Assembly (NCBI GenBank): GCA_964304625.1
Contig: OZ199839.1
Location: 9,857,072 to 9,921,071, forward strand
Length of the DNA stretch: 64,000 bases
DNA from: Kudoa neothunni
Lineage: Eukaryota > Animalia > Cnidaria
Reading direction: 5' to 3'
Part shown: positions 63,840-64,000 of the stretch, piece after piece
Layout: each line of letters opens with the position of its first letter
Numbering within the stretch: the first letter of the stretch is position 1
Position numbers and translations under genes: made by a program
Notes under the pieces: generated by a model
What the model was told of the DNA's origin: nothing
What the model saw: the letters and a program-made list of their open reading frames with translations, nothing else
Databases searched by the model: none

Positions 63840-64000
63840 TATAAAAATATATTTAATTCTTCGTGTTGAATGTTATCCCTTTAGGTTGCGTCAGCACAAA
63901 AAAATTCACTGATTGAATATTGATTCGTAATACAACATTCTAGTTGTTTTTCATATGTTCACCATTGATACTATACATTCGTATTTAATGAATCGAATCG
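63840..64000 (+). repeat. Conserved upstream block of the Kunitz family, implying a fifth copy beyond the window
   Basis: Matches the revcomp of 58080-58240 (upstream of K4) and 43120-43280 (upstream of K2). Confidence 0.8.

Noticed and set aside
1-64000. CRISPR array, rRNA or prokaryotic defence system
   Set aside because: No regularly spaced repeat-spacer array or rRNA-like segment; all repeats are gene duplicates or TE termini.

Overview
AT-rich eukaryotic (animal) genomic window with very short GT-AG introns (mostly 37-57 nt), which fragment most genes in the ORF track. It is not prokaryotic, and I found no CRISPR or rRNA. There are three compartments. (1) 1-14.7 kb: a tandem array of at least 3 genes for an unfamiliar ~850-aa type I membrane protein with a signal peptide, seven Cys-bearing fibronectin-III-like repeats, a low-complexity insert carrying an RVAR site, a TM helix and a 5-aa tail. 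The 3' halves are homogenised between copies. (2) 15.6-31.6 kb: tightly packed, divergent housekeeping genes (MED22-like, MTRES1-like and TOM20 head-to-head, ATP synthase subunit b and transportin-3 head-to-head). (3) 36.7-64 kb: a dispersed array of at least 4 (probably 5) secreted five-Kunitz-domain genes with mostly degenerate disulfide patterns. Spacers are filled with nested, decayed transposons (hAT, piggyBac, Mutator, Merlin, Helitron, Tigger) and a tRNA-derived SINE. The two expanded, diversifying surface/secreted families are the most interesting content. They would fit a host-interaction locus of a compact-genome invertebrate parasite, but that is inference and the organism is not identified from the sequence. 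All gene models were spliced by eye and homology calls come from recalled family motifs, not database searches.
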